A stretch of 64,000 nt of DNA from a virus (taxonomy: Duplodnaviria > Caudoviricetes). Each line of letters opens with the position of its first letter. Position 1 is the first letter of the stretch. This document shows, in pieces, positions 12,101 to 21,703 of the stretch. The stretch is from positions 3,472 through 67,471 of the IMG/VR virus record IMGVR_UViG_2654588115_000002. One strand, given 5' to 3'. Made by a program: the position numbers and the translations under genes. Under the pieces are notes generated by a model. It saw only the letters and a list, made by a program, of their open reading frames with translations. It was not told where the DNA came from and did no database searches.

Positions 12101-15100
12101 GCAACATCGCTACGGACGGGGCTCTCACCCTTGCCAGCTCCAATAGTGCAGCCGCTATCACAGGCAGCACCCTGGAAGGCACCAGCGCTACCGTAAGTGG
12201 CAAAGGGATAAGTGTCAGCGATTCCACCATCACGGCTGCGACCGGGGGAATTGGTGTCACTTCTACAGGTGAAAATGATATTACCATATACAGAACGGTA
12301 TTTAACGCCACCAATGAGACCAATGGCAATATTGCTATTGCTTCTGAAAAAGCCGTCCAGGCTACGGGCGGTGAGATGTCTGCAGGGAAGGACATTGTTA
12401 TCACGGCAAGTAACGATAGTGATGCCATTGCGATTAGTACAGCGACTCCCATGTCTGCAGGAGAGAATGTCCGGCTTTTGGCTGACTCAGGCTATGTGTC
12501 TTCATCTGGCAATATGATTGTCGGCAAGAGCATCAAATTGCAGACTGGGGCTGGTGATATCACTTCATTTAGTAACATGCGTATTACCGCTGGAACTGGA
12601 GGAACCATTGATCTGATTAGTGGCAATGGTTCAAAGGTATGGACAAGAGGTGGTTTGTCAGTAGAAAATGGAACCATTAACCTTGGTCGTGCCTCGGCTG
12701 GGGATGTCGCAGGAACGAAGACTGTAGAGATAGACAATAATCATATAAATGCTCAGACATTGTATGCTTGGGCTACGGACAATATTGATTTGAAGGACGC
12801 TGAGGTTAATGTTACTGATGATTTGTCACTGTCCAGCAAAAAAATATTTTCTGCAAATAGTAGAGTTGCTGTAAGTGAAGGTGTAATTACTGTTAACGGT
12901 ACTGAACAGGGAGAAAGCCCGTCTGTAAATATATCAAATAGCAGTTTGAGGGGGACAAGTGTTGCAGTTGCAGGCAAAGGGGTAAGAGGCGAGCTGGCTC
13001 GTTTTTACGCAACTGCAGGTGGAATAGATATTGAGTCTACAGGCGAAAATAAGGTATATTTGGCTAACGGGACAATGGAAGCGACTGATGCAGATAGTGG
13101 CATTATTGATATTGCTTCTGAAGGTGCTATTGAGGTTTGGGGAGGCAGTTACAGTGCTGGCAAGGATATATCCATAGCGGCTGACAACGAGGGTGTCCAG
13201 GTTTATTCAGGTGGTATGGAAAGCAATGGCAGGATTGATATACAGGCTGCGGCTGGAGATATTGCGCTGACTGGACCATATGAAGCTAATGAATATGTGG
13301 TAGCAGCAGAAAAAGGTAATATCAGGTTTAGCATCGGTACCGTTAATGCTTCTTCAATTGAGATGACAGCAGGTTCTGAAGGCAATACGGGAAAGACCAT
13401 TTCCTTGGGAAATGAAGTTAGTATGAACGCCGTAGATAAAGTGGAACTGGTAGCCAGTGAAGGCATTATCAATGCTGCCGGTAATATTGCGGTACAAGAA
13501 GATAATGAAAAATCAGGTGAAGTAGTTTTAACGGCCAATACTGTCTCTTTGGGGGCGGATGATAGCCGGACGGCTAATAACAGAAAAATTTCTACAAAGG
13601 ATTTGACTGTCACGGCATCCGAAGCCATCAATTTGCAGAAGATTAAAATTGAAACGGAAGAGGATTTGTTGCTGGCTTCTGCTGAAACGCAGATAACAGA
13701 CAGCATCCTGACGACTACCGGTGGAAACCTGACGGTAAAATCCACTGGGACGGATATCACCGTGGACAAGAGCACCATCACGGGCAATAGTGTTGCAATC
13801 AATGGCAAGGGAATCCAGGTAGGCCAGGCAGAAATGGAGAATAACAATTCGACCATTACGGCCAATACTGGCGACGTGACCCTTACTACGGATACGAATA
13901 TTGCGGTAAACAATGCGAATATCACAGCAAAAGGCAAGGCAGACCTTGTGGCCGCGACTGGAATTAATGTGGCAGACACCGGTGTTACGGCCACGGATAA
14001 GGGAATCTCCATCGAGTCAACGGCAGCTGATTCTGATGTGACACTGACCAGCGTAACGCTGAACGCAGAAAATGCAACTGCTGGCAATATCACCGTTCAG
14101 ACCGGCAATGCCATTGGTGTTACCGGCGGCAGCATGATTGCGGGTAAGGACATTACCCTTAAAGCAGAGAATGCAGGAATTACTGTGTCTGGTGCTACAT
14201 TCACGACCACAGCAGGAAACGGCGGCAATATTGACTTGCTGGCAGGCAGTGAAGGCACAAATGGTTGGAGCGCAATAGAAAATAACGCACTTGGGCTAAC
14301 CAATATCACCCTTAATGCTGATGGAGCCGTGACTGGAAAGAGCGGTAAGACTGACATCGCAACCAGCAGCATAACTGCGGGCGGCAATGTAAATGTAACT
14401 ACCGTGGGCACTGATGGTGACGCAAGCCATGTCAACGTGGATAAGAGCACCATTGAAGGTGCTGGTGTTGCAATCAGCGGTAAGGGCATCAAGGTGGACC
14501 AGAAGGACGGAATATCTGATAACACTTCGACCATTATGGCCAATACTGGTGACGTGACCTTTACTACGGATACGAATATCGCGGTAAGCAAGGCAACCAT
14601 CACAGCAAAAGGCAAGGCAGACTTTGTGGCCGCGACTGGAATTAATGTGGCAGACACCGGTGTTACGGCCACGGATAAGGGAATCTCCATCACGTCAACG
14701 GCAGCTGATTCTGATGTGACCTTGACCAGCGTAACGCTAAAGGCAGAGAATACTGCTAACGGCAATATCACCGTTCAGACCGGCAATGCCATTGGTGTTA
14801 CCGGCAGCAGCATTACTGCGGGTAAGAATATTACCCTTAAAGCAGAGAATGCAGGAATTACCGTGTCGGATGCTGCTCTTACGACTATAGCAGGAAACGG
14901 CGGTAATATTGACTTGCTGGCAGGCAGTGAAGGCACAAATAGTTGGAGCGCAACAGAGAACAACGCACTTGGGCTTACCAATATCACCCTTAATGCTGCC
15001 GGAGCCGTGACTGGAAAGAGCGGCAAGACTGACATCGCAACCAGCAGTATAACTGCAGGCGGCAATGTAAATGTGACGGCCGTGGGAACTGATGGTGACG

Positions 15101-18100
15101 CAAGCCATGTCAACGTAGATAAGAGCACCATTGCAGGTGCTGGTGTTGCAATCAGCGGCAAGGGCATCAAGGTAGACAAGAAAGAAGGAATATCCGAGAA
15201 CACTTCGACCATTACGGCCAATACTGGCGACGTGGCGCTTACTACGGATACGGATATCGCAGTAAGCAAGGCAACCATTACTGCGAAAGGCAAAGCAGAC
15301 CTTGTGGCCGTGAATGGAATTGATGTGGCAGATACCAGTGTTGCGGCCACGGATAAGGGAATCGCTATCACGTCAACGGCAGCGGATTCTGATGTGACCC
15401 TGTCCAGCGTAACGCTAAAGGCAGAGAACACTGCTAATGGCAATATCACCGTTCAGACTGGCAATGCCATTGGTGTTACCGGCAGCAGCATGACTGCGGG
15501 TAAGAACATTACCCTTAAAGCAGAGAATGCAGGAATTACCGTCGCTAGTGTTGCCCTTACGACCAAAGCAGGAAACGGCGGCAATATTGACTTGCTGGCA
15601 GGCAGTGTGGATGGTACTGGTTGGAGTGCAACGGAAAACAATGCACTTGGGCTTACCAATGTTACTCTTAGTGGCGCCGGAGCCGTGACTGGAAAGAGCG
15701 GCAAGACTGATATCGCAACCAGCAGCATAACTGCGGGTGGCAATGTAAATGTGACGGCCGTGGGAACTGATGGTGACGCAAGCCATGTCAACGTGGATAA
15801 GAGCACCATTGCAGGGGCTGGTGTTGCAATCAGCGGCAAGGGCATCAAGGTAGACCAGGCAGAAATGGAGAATAACAATTCGACCATTACGGCTAATACT
15901 GGTGATGTGACCCTTACTACGGATACGAATATCGCGGTAAACAATGCGAATATCACAGCAAAAGGCAAGGCAGACCTTGTGGCCGCGACTGGAATTAATG
16001 TGGCAAACACCAGTGTTACGGCCACGGATAAGGGAATTACTATTATTTCCACAAGTGACGGCAAGGATTTAATTCTGACGAATACCACTTTGTCTGCAAC
16101 GAATGCCACTAATGGCAGCATTACTGTCAGGGCAAAAAATGCGGTCAATACCAAGGGGAGTAGTCTGACTGCAGGCGATGGACTTACCATTAACGCAGAA
16201 AATGCCGCCAATGAGCTGGAAAGCAGCACTTTGCAGGGCAAGAATGTCAACATTAGCGGCGTTGGCATTACCGTGAGCAAGAGCGAAGGAACTGGAGCAG
16301 CAGCCCCGTCTGTAACCGCAACGGCTGGAAATGTGGCACTTAATTCTACTGCTGGAATTGGCGTAAGTGATGCAAGCATCACTGCAAACACCGGTGGAAT
16401 TTCTGTCATCTCTACGGATGCAAATTCTGATGTAACCTTGACGAATGCTGCTATGACAGCTGGTGCAGCCATAGAAATCAATTCTGGCAAAGCGCTCAAT
16501 GTCAGCGAAGGCAGCATGACTGCTGACAATAATATTGGACTTGTGGCAGCATCTGCCGTTGAAGTAGGGAACAGCAAGCTCCAGGGCAAGAACGTCTCAA
16601 TCAGCGGCAAGGGCATAACGATAAGTGATGATGATGCAGCTACTCCGACCATCAAGGCAACAGCAGGAGGCGTAACCCTGACATCAACAGGTGACGGTAA
16701 TGATGTAACGCTGACGAACATTACAGTGGGAGCAAATGGAGATATTGCAATCAATGCAGCAGATGCCATCACTACCAAGGGGAGCGATCTGACTGCAGGC
16801 AATGACTTTACCATTGGCGCAGGAACGGGCACCAATAAATTTGAAAGCAGCACTTTGCAGGGCAAGAATGTCAACATTAGCGGCGTTGGCATTACCGTGA
16901 GCAAGAGCGAAGAAAATGGAGCAGCAGCCCCGTCTGTAACTGCAACTGCTGGAAGTGTAGCACTTAATTCTACTGCCGGAATTGGCGTAAGTGATGCAAG
17001 CATTACTGCGACCAACGACATAGGAATTGAGGCAGTGACTGCTGTAGGATTCGAGAATAATAAGCTCCAAGGCAAGAACGTCTCAATCAGCGGCAAGGGC
17101 ATAACGGTAAGTGACAATGATGCAGTTACTCCGACCATCAAGGCAACAGCAGGAGGCGTAACCCTGACGTCCACGGGTGACGGCAATGATGTAACCCTGA
17201 CTGGTGCCACTTTGAAAGCGGATAACACTACCAGCGGCAATATCACCATCACTTCTGCCAGGGCTATCGAAGCCACTGGCGGCTCCATGACTGCTGGCGA
17301 GAATATTAACCTTGCGGCAACCTCTTCTGATGGTACCGCTGGTGCCAAGGCTGTCAATAGCAGCAGTGATATGACTGCCGGTGGGAATGTCCGCGTTGCT
17401 TCTGTGTCGGGGGATGTCGTATCTTCCGGTAATGTTGCAGCTGCCAATATCACTATTGACGGTGATAATGTCAGTGCAACGGGCAGTCTTGATGCCGAGA
17501 ATGGCACTATCACTCTGGGGCATGCAGAAGGTACTGGCAATGTGGTGATTGGTGAGGCAGCAGATGCGGCTAAAGTCGTGAAGGCAGCTAACCTGAATGT
17601 CCATGCAACGGATTCTATTGCCACCAGAAATGCTAACATCGCAGTGGCCAATAATGTTGCTTTGGCAAGTGAGGCTATCAGCCTGGATGGCACTGCCTTG
17701 ACCACAGGGGGCAGCCTGGATATCAAGGGCGACACCATTGCAATAAACGCCAGCACCCTCAGAACGACGAATACTTCTAATGGTCATATCAACCTGCTGG
17801 CAGGAAATGCTGATGGAGCTGACTGGTCAGCTGGGGATGGGAACACCCTTGCTTTGACCAATACGGATGTTTCTGCTGCCGGGGATGTAAGTTTCCGGGC
17901 AGGGCAGATTACAATCAATGCAGATGCAGAAAATGCACCGGTCAAGGAAATCCGCGGCAATAACCTCTTGCTGGCAGCGGCTAAGAGCTATGATGCTGAA
18001 AACCATGAGTACACCATGGAAAGCGGACAGACGATAAGTGTCACCAATACCAACCTTACGGGCAGTGATTCCATTACCTTGCTTGGTTATAAGACCAATA

Positions 18101-20943
18101 TCAAGGGCGATGTTATCAGCAAACGCCTGCTGGGTGCAGTGGGCGAGTCTGTTACCATGAATGAGGACGGTTCAGATGTAGACGATTATATCTATACGCA
18201 GGAAGAGGGGGCTAATGTACTTACTGTTGATGGTGCTGTGGCTACCAGCGACGAATCTGACCTCATTTACATCAAGCTGTATGGTGATGCAAAATTCCTC
18301 AACAAGAATGATACTCTGCAAACCATGTCCTTTATTGCAAACTCACCTTATAGCCTGGCTATTTCCGGCGATATGACGGTAACGGCTGAATCCGGTATCC
18401 GGCTGGCGAGTGAATCTATCCAGATACAGGATAACTTGTGGGCCAATAATCCAAATGCTTCGATTGAATTGGCCAGTGCTGGCGGCGAAATGAATATTTC
18501 CGGCAATTTGCGGGCAGGCAAGGATGTTATCTTGAAGAGTGCCCAGAATATTGTCATCGGTACGGATGATAAGACCGTTTCAGTAACTGCCGATAATGGC
18601 AGTGTGAAACTGCTGGCTGGCAATTTTGATGGCCGCTATGGTGCACAAGGTGAATGGGTAAGTGCCAATCCTGTGATTAACGGCATAGATCTGACCAATA
18701 CGGCCATAGCTGCTGGTGAAAATATCATCGTAAAAGGTGGCGCGGTTAATTTCACGGGTGTTAATGAACTGGCTGGCGATGCTTCTGTTTTGGCGGGGAA
18801 TGCGGTACTCAGCGGTACGGTCAGTGGTGGTGAAAACACACTGACCATGACTGCGGATAATATCGTGGTCGAAAGCGGTACGCTACTGACTATGCACGAA
18901 TTTGCAACGCGGCAGGGCAATTTCACCTTGGAGTCTGCGGCACAGATAACGGCTGATGAAACAGACTTGCAGGGTGAAACTATCAGCCTGGCCAATAATT
19001 CCCTGGTGGTTAGTGATGCAGTCAAGGTAAAGGCAGAGAATGCTGAATTGGCTGGCCTCATCTATACGGATAAGCTGACCGCTAAAGCCGATAATACGCT
19101 GACGGTGACGGAGACTGTGAAAAATAAGGCTGGCACAGATGATACGATTGTCGAACTGGAAGGCCGTAACGTGACCTTTGTTGGCAGCAGCTTTAAGACG
19201 CTGACGGTTAAAGGCACGGAGAGCATCACGCTGGATGAGGGAGACTTGTACGGCGAGGATGACATTGCCCTGACTACCAAAAATCTGACGGTAGCGACCA
19301 ATATTACCACCACAAATGGCGATATTAATCTTACGGGTACAGAGAATCTTCGGGTAACAGGCAGTTTGACGGCTGGTCAGCAGATTGGCCTCAATGGCAA
19401 GAATATACAGCTTAGTGGTGCGAAACTTAATAATGGTGCAAATGCCAAAACTACCGTTGCTGGTGAAAGCGCAGTTATCACCGGAACGATTACTACGGAC
19501 ACGGGGGCTGATTTGTCGGTTAAGGCACAGAATGTAATAGTGGGTGACTCTGGTATTACCAACATTGCCGTGAGTAAGTTTACGGTTGAAGGTGTGGAAC
19601 AGGCTAAGTTTATCAACACAAACTTCCAGGCGGATACTACGGTGAAAGGTAAGGCCGCAGTCTTGACCGGCAATATTGATGCCACGGGTTATGAACTGAC
19701 CCTGCAGTCAACGAATGTAACCATCGGCGATGGCCAGACGGCTACCGTAATGACCGCGAAATCCCTGGCTGACGCGGATAATCTTACCATTGACCAGGCG
19801 GTTCTGAACCTTGATTCCTACAAGCTGCAGGCAGGTAAGGCTATTACCCTGAAGAATGAGGTAACTGCTGAAGGGCAGGCTTTGGAACTGGCAGCACCTG
19901 ATGCCAGCATTGGCGATGGTTCAGCCAATACGGTCATTAAGGCAGGTTCCGTATCGGCCACGGACAAACTGCTGGTGGATAAGGCGGTGCTCGCTGTAAA
20001 TGATGGTACTTTGCAGGCCCAGCAGATTATCCTGCGAGGGAATGTAACTGCAGATAATCTTGACTTGACTTTGCAGGCACCTGAGGCGGCTATCGGTGAT
20101 GGCATTGTTGATACCGTGATTACGGCCCGTTCTGTAATGGGAACGGAGGATTTGCTCATCGACAAAGCCAGCTTCGCGGTCACGAATCCTATAATTGCAA
20201 CTGCAGGGAATCTCACCTTGCAACATGAGATTGTGGCGGGAGATACGGTTGGCTTCCAGGCAGGAAAAGCTATTACCATGCAGGATATGTCCATGGATAA
20301 GTCCACGGATGTCAGCTTTGAAGGCAAGCTCATTGATATGCGCGACAGTTCTATCAATGCCGGGAAGGACGGAAAACTATTCTTCGCTGCCTATAGCGTT
20401 AAGACTGAATCGCCATTGAGCTATGCCTTCCAACCGGATAATGAAGTCATCATTGACAATTCACGTCTGGATGCTGGTGAGATGACCATGCTGGGGTATT
20501 CCATTATTGCCCGGAATGGCTCTGAGATTTACGCAGACAAGACACTGGATGCTTTGGCGGCTAAAAAAGTTGCTATGGGCAAGCTGGGAAATCTGGAAAT
20601 AGTCTCGCAGGCAACCCTGAGCACTGAGCCGCAGAATAAGCTCTTGCAACAGGATGCGATTATTGAGGTTGGCGGCAGGGCTTATCATAACTTCCGCTTT
20701 ATCCCTGCTTCGGCGTACCAGTCAGATACCATTATGCGCTATCTGGAATCTGTGAATGATATGACCTGGCAGATAGGTTTCAATAGTTCGCCATTGTCGA
20801 TTATCGGGATTCCTGGTCTTAGCTTGTATCGTTTCCAGTATCGAGATGGAATATCCGAGGCAATTTCAGGACTGGAGATGTATTTTACAGTGGACTCCCA
20901 TGAAGGAGAGGAGAGAGAAGAAAAGGAAAAGACAAATGGGTGA
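6103..20943 (+). CDS. TpsA filamentous-haemagglutinin-like adhesin (4946 aa)
   Basis: Signal peptide; TPS domain 'IDWTTFDIG...ILNRV...LANPNGITVG'; very long G/A/T/N/S-rich beta-helical repeats. Confidence 0.92.
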   Translation: MKRNCQQKLKYTSLAAMIAFTLSTGLVYGADMPVDGKVVAGKVTIDGTEYIPAVGDNPAVLINPLTGKTLVVTGNSVIDWTTFDIGSGKSLTFEGQGSNYILNRVPWNNAASEIYGILNTQNIHFILANPNGITVGNGAQLNVIDGGSILLAAMGAGFNNANNSITLQNYNYGDRSSINIGGIEAVNGNVALMAKTINVADGITFSGDTALKLLAGKTSYNQSITVTPGEGVDSIGSSGSITFNGSLVDDSHKVNLGVSADSITMSAGKKIALTGTDSAVNINTSRLQNADITGPVVTLVRDGAITVSDSKLTSTVGDVKVLSGTLSEDGKTLSNTTVTNNNYIVNHKVTMNNSSVISADDAIIAAAAVDISGKKAGESAAIAAVNDVFIASGKNVPLQSGSLTTDAGMNTSVTVSNAEIQGRNLTLAGNDVTVTSSSELTATNDMQIVAAPDITISGGKVVSGQNSTTSNGGVEITDSVLQGKNISLTGIAVTANGTIGNASTENVHLLAGRDFNFSADSMTRGMTANVTGGTITGHDILAEGATVEVANGAAIHAVSAVENEETVAGKVRLLAGSGVTNGVVTATSGNKATVKGTLSGGDIVVAGGAVDVDGGMVNAGTNSAWLLAGNSIKTTAAMGSADADGVITSAEGNAVTIKKGATVSADKVHIAGYSADLSSATNNSSITAATEINAVTGSTINNNAGTLVREANAARGRFSRDTASVVTVNGSASSAMIDMPTDGKVISGSVSYKGNSYDASSNYYFNLASGDTIMANSHSIINWNTFDIGLSGVLNFDTTNGALLNRVTGSYASWLKGTLNHTGTYPLLLVNPQGIHVYQGATINGANLILSGLDMTDTALSNFSTAGAVAYDTASTGDVNLESGITFSNEAEKLALAGRNVTVAQNTIKAESLKADATNTATLTNLTYTGALEGNSVLDSAGGSLTLSGGSYTGNTNLKGTTVNMAVTSHTGNVTVQGTTVGINGGTYTGDLTLAGTSVSVSGVAFDGEDKAHNLTLSGLGENGAVTVSNSTVTGADDVVLTGKTVNVSQSGNTRADWTAETFTLGKGESASNTTGITNINLTVTKADTTPTVGNDVALTLNNAAISAPQINLTPASLTLSGGSSLISDTTVDIAAAGSVTVQGGSEVTAETGDLNVTAAEALTVKGGTTLEAKTGNLTAKGASVAIGVANDTENTIKADAGNITIKAGVDDGRTDANTVNIQNTDLTANAAGKSITVTGYSVDAAGDLHTKTANMSGNSVNTAGTTAADTVNITGTASASASGTITAGTVNMSGADSVSASGNITADTLNITGISATGSLTVGGVVNVANALTLQGGSSGGAVINGAITAPSITISAQDVTFSGANVTAATGDVSVTGKTIRTNESYYTSSAINSENGDVLLISGTNTAGVYTTTEGGSISADKMNITGNTVTALARTTSIENGTIHADNMQIAAANTVNGSTWAAGFGDTDNPNNLTLTNTTVLSKNGEGAIENVKLAGSNVTFGGGGTDAQAFKANSLAVASDQSITVASGQVNVTGAEGISLSGKSITVDGTIQARQINLTATENDATLNSGSALNTTGEDATNAISITANNGNINANGSLTADDSITMNAKTDIATDGTITAATVGMTAENDIGTAGTITADSVSLAAGNDINSAADITASTITMDGGDGKAISATGALNAAGGTITLGHAPSDEPAKAGTKTVTIGPAAGANKAVQAQTVNVQATDTIGLSRVTMETADSLNLASKEVSITGSSVTTEGSLTLNGTEDAANPSVSITGSTLAGTAINATGKGISVGSSDLTATTGGIAVNSTGENDIAVTNTALKAEHATNGNISINSGKAIQAIGGSMTAGKDISLAAIAAKGGEDSDAAYAIKASANMTAGNDIGLTATAGEVYSAGSLTATSGSITMDSTDSSKISMTGDLAAASGTVTLGHADGEHKTGIVEINSGTSDKGIKATTLLVNATEEIGIQSAAIDVNSALHLGSKKVSVASSNIATDGALTLASSNSAAAITGSTLEGTSATVSGKGISVSDSTITAATGGIGVTSTGENDITIYRTVFNATNETNGNIAIASEKAVQATGGEMSAGKDIVITASNDSDAIAISTATPMSAGENVRLLADSGYVSSSGNMIVGKSIKLQTGAGDITSFSNMRITAGTGGTIDLISGNGSKVWTRGGLSVENGTINLGRASAGDVAGTKTVEIDNNHINAQTLYAWATDNIDLKDAEVNVTDDLSLSSKKIFSANSRVAVSEGVITVNGTEQGESPSVNISNSSLRGTSVAVAGKGVRGELARFYATAGGIDIESTGENKVYLANGTMEATDADSGIIDIASEGAIEVWGGSYSAGKDISIAADNEGVQVYSGGMESNGRIDIQAAAGDIALTGPYEANEYVVAAEKGNIRFSIGTVNASSIEMTAGSEGNTGKTISLGNEVSMNAVDKVELVASEGIINAAGNIAVQEDNEKSGEVVLTANTVSLGADDSRTANNRKISTKDLTVTASEAINLQKIKIETEEDLLLASAETQITDSILTTTGGNLTVKSTGTDITVDKSTITGNSVAINGKGIQVGQAEMENNNSTITANTGDVTLTTDTNIAVNNANITAKGKADLVAATGINVADTGVTATDKGISIESTAADSDVTLTSVTLNAENATAGNITVQTGNAIGVTGGSMIAGKDITLKAENAGITVSGATFTTTAGNGGNIDLLAGSEGTNGWSAIENNALGLTNITLNADGAVTGKSGKTDIATSSITAGGNVNVTTVGTDGDASHVNVDKSTIEGAGVAISGKGIKVDQKDGISDNTSTIMANTGDVTFTTDTNIAVSKATITAKGKADFVAATGINVADTGVTATDKGISITSTAADSDVTLTSVTLKAENTANGNITVQTGNAIGVTGSSITAGKNITLKAENAGITVSDAALTTIAGNGGNIDLLAGSEGTNSWSATENNALGLTNITLNAAGAVTGKSGKTDIATSSITAGGNVNVTAVGTDGDASHVNVDKSTIAGAGVAISGKGIKVDKKEGISENTSTITANTGDVALTTDTDIAVSKATITAKGKADLVAVNGIDVADTSVAATDKGIAITSTAADSDVTLSSVTLKAENTANGNITVQTGNAIGVTGSSMTAGKNITLKAENAGITVASVALTTKAGNGGNIDLLAGSVDGTGWSATENNALGLTNVTLSGAGAVTGKSGKTDIATSSITAGGNVNVTAVGTDGDASHVNVDKSTIAGAGVAISGKGIKVDQAEMENNNSTITANTGDVTLTTDTNIAVNNANITAKGKADLVAATGINVANTSVTATDKGITIISTSDGKDLILTNTTLSATNATNGSITVRAKNAVNTKGSSLTAGDGLTINAENAANELESSTLQGKNVNISGVGITVSKSEGTGAAAPSVTATAGNVALNSTAGIGVSDASITANTGGISVISTDANSDVTLTNAAMTAGAAIEINSGKALNVSEGSMTADNNIGLVAASAVEVGNSKLQGKNVSISGKGITISDDDAATPTIKATAGGVTLTSTGDGNDVTLTNITVGANGDIAINAADAITTKGSDLTAGNDFTIGAGTGTNKFESSTLQGKNVNISGVGITVSKSEENGAAAPSVTATAGSVALNSTAGIGVSDASITATNDIGIEAVTAVGFENNKLQGKNVSISGKGITVSDNDAVTPTIKATAGGVTLTSTGDGNDVTLTGATLKADNTTSGNITITSARAIEATGGSMTAGENINLAATSSDGTAGAKAVNSSSDMTAGGNVRVASVSGDVVSSGNVAAANITIDGDNVSATGSLDAENGTITLGHAEGTGNVVIGEAADAAKVVKAANLNVHATDSIATRNANIAVANNVALASEAISLDGTALTTGGSLDIKGDTIAINASTLRTTNTSNGHINLLAGNADGADWSAGDGNTLALTNTDVSAAGDVSFRAGQITINADAENAPVKEIRGNNLLLAAAKSYDAENHEYTMESGQTISVTNTNLTGSDSITLLGYKTNIKGDVISKRLLGAVGESVTMNEDGSDVDDYIYTQEEGANVLTVDGAVATSDESDLIYIKLYGDAKFLNKNDTLQTMSFIANSPYSLAISGDMTVTAESGIRLASESIQIQDNLWANNPNASIELASAGGEMNISGNLRAGKDVILKSAQNIVIGTDDKTVSVTADNGSVKLLAGNFDGRYGAQGEWVSANPVINGIDLTNTAIAAGENIIVKGGAVNFTGVNELAGDASVLAGNAVLSGTVSGGENTLTMTADNIVVESGTLLTMHEFATRQGNFTLESAAQITADETDLQGETISLANNSLVVSDAVKVKAENAELAGLIYTDKLTAKADNTLTVTETVKNKAGTDDTIVELEGRNVTFVGSSFKTLTVKGTESITLDEGDLYGEDDIALTTKNLTVATNITTTNGDINLTGTENLRVTGSLTAGQQIGLNGKNIQLSGAKLNNGANAKTTVAGESAVITGTITTDTGADLSVKAQNVIVGDSGITNIAVSKFTVEGVEQAKFINTNFQADTTVKGKAAVLTGNIDATGYELTLQSTNVTIGDGQTATVMTAKSLADADNLTIDQAVLNLDSYKLQAGKAITLKNEVTAEGQALELAAPDASIGDGSANTVIKAGSVSATDKLLVDKAVLAVNDGTLQAQQIILRGNVTADNLDLTLQAPEAAIGDGIVDTVITARSVMGTEDLLIDKASFAVTNPIIATAGNLTLQHEIVAGDTVGFQAGKAITMQDMSMDKSTDVSFEGKLIDMRDSSINAGKDGKLFFAAYSVKTESPLSYAFQPDNEVIIDNSRLDAGEMTMLGYSIIARNGSEIYADKTLDALAAKKVAMGKLGNLEIVSQATLSTEPQNKLLQQDAIIEVGGRAYHNFRFIPASAYQSDTIMRYLESVNDMTWQIGFNSSPLSIIGIPGLSLYRFQYRDGISEAISGLEMYFTVDSHEGEEREEKEKTNG
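13760..16040 (+). repeat. about 3.4 tandem copies of a 675-678 nt (225-226 aa) unit inside TpsA
   Basis: Marker GCCGCGACTGGAATTAATGTGGCA and a variant recur at 13951, 14629, 15307 and 15982. Confidence 0.9.
16150..17200 (+). repeat. second duplicated block inside TpsA (first part offset 624 nt)
   Basis: TTGCAGGGCAAGAATGTCAACATTAGCGGCGTTGGCATTACCGTGAGCAAGAGCGAAG occurs at 16231 and 16855; GGCAAGAACGTCTCAATCAGCGGCAAGGGCATAACG also occurs twice. Confidence 0.85.
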
Positions 20944-20967
20944 GTATGCTGCACAAATAGCTCTATA

Positions 20968-21014
20968 AAAGAAGCTGTGGCAATGTGTGATACCATTTTG
21001 TCACAGCTTCTTTT
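20968..21014 (+). terminator. intrinsic terminator after tpsA (possibly bidirectional)
   Basis: AAAGAAGCTGTGGCAA / TTGTCACAGCTTCTTT stem with A- and T-runs. Confidence 0.8.
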
Positions 21015-21432
21015 ATATGTGCATTTTTAGGCTTGAGTATGAGTAAAACATCGAAGATAAAAAAGCTCATTAGTAGCAAGAGGCGGAAAATCGAGCAGTA
21101 TTATTGATTGGTAGAGTTTAATATGATTACAAGATATATAACGATATTGTCTTGTAACAGTGTAACATAAAATTAGAAAATTATTAAAAGAATATTGACT
21201 TTATAATAGAGAGTGATATTATAAAACATGGCACAACAAGATGAAATGAGAACTAGTTGTGGATAAATATTTGTGTATCAATGTTATTTTTCATGCTTAT
21301 GGAATTGGTTCCAAAGGGCCATATCATCCATGTTATAGGGATGATATGGGTTCGATAATATAAAAGCATTGTAGTTTGTACTAACAATCGAATATAGTAT
21401 CAAAAATACTTGGTGTGCTGTTCATTTTATGA

Positions 21433-21489
21433 AGAAGCCGGAGTAGACAAATGACACTTTAGGTGTCGTAGTCTTCTCCGGCTTTTTTT
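21433..21489 (+). terminator. long hairpin terminator
   Basis: AGAAGCCGGAG..GACAC / GTGTC..CTCCGGCTTTTTTT. Confidence 0.7.
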
Positions 21490-21510
21490 CTTAGACAAAC
21501 AAAATATCGA

Positions 21511-21703
21511 GCCTGAGTTGCAATAGGGCAAAGGATATTCTTATAGACTGAAATTGATTTTATGAAATCGGTTTCAGTCATTCGGAGTACCCTCTCCTTA
21601 TTGCGCCCGTTTTGCTTGAGTACATTTTGGTCTGTGGACTTCGAAAGGTTCACAGGCCTTTTTTCTGTGTCCTTTGCCCAGCTTCAGGGGAAAGGACAGA
21701 ATC
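21511..21703 (+). promoter_or_regulatory. structured 5' leader (terminator hairpin plus anti-SD switch) of the sigma-like gene
   Basis: Hairpins at 21546-21579 and 21629-21658 (+T-run); TGTCCTTTGCCC 21668-21679 is complementary to both 21526-21537 and the SD region 21687-21698. Confidence 0.6.

Noticed and set aside
6183-20996. Long minus-strand ORFs opposite tpsA (for example 15453-17756)
   Set aside because: Antisense shadows of a biased, repetitive coding strand; no RBS or motifs
20300-21200. TpsA as a CDI toxin with immunity gene
   Set aside because: No VENN-like or recognisable toxin C-terminus, and a terminator follows with no small ORF
21190-21430. DnaA-box match TGTGGATAA near 21258, a sigma-A-like promoter and a hairpin in the AT-rich gap
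   Set aside because: A single box is expected by chance and only very short ORFs are present; may contain attL but cannot be supported
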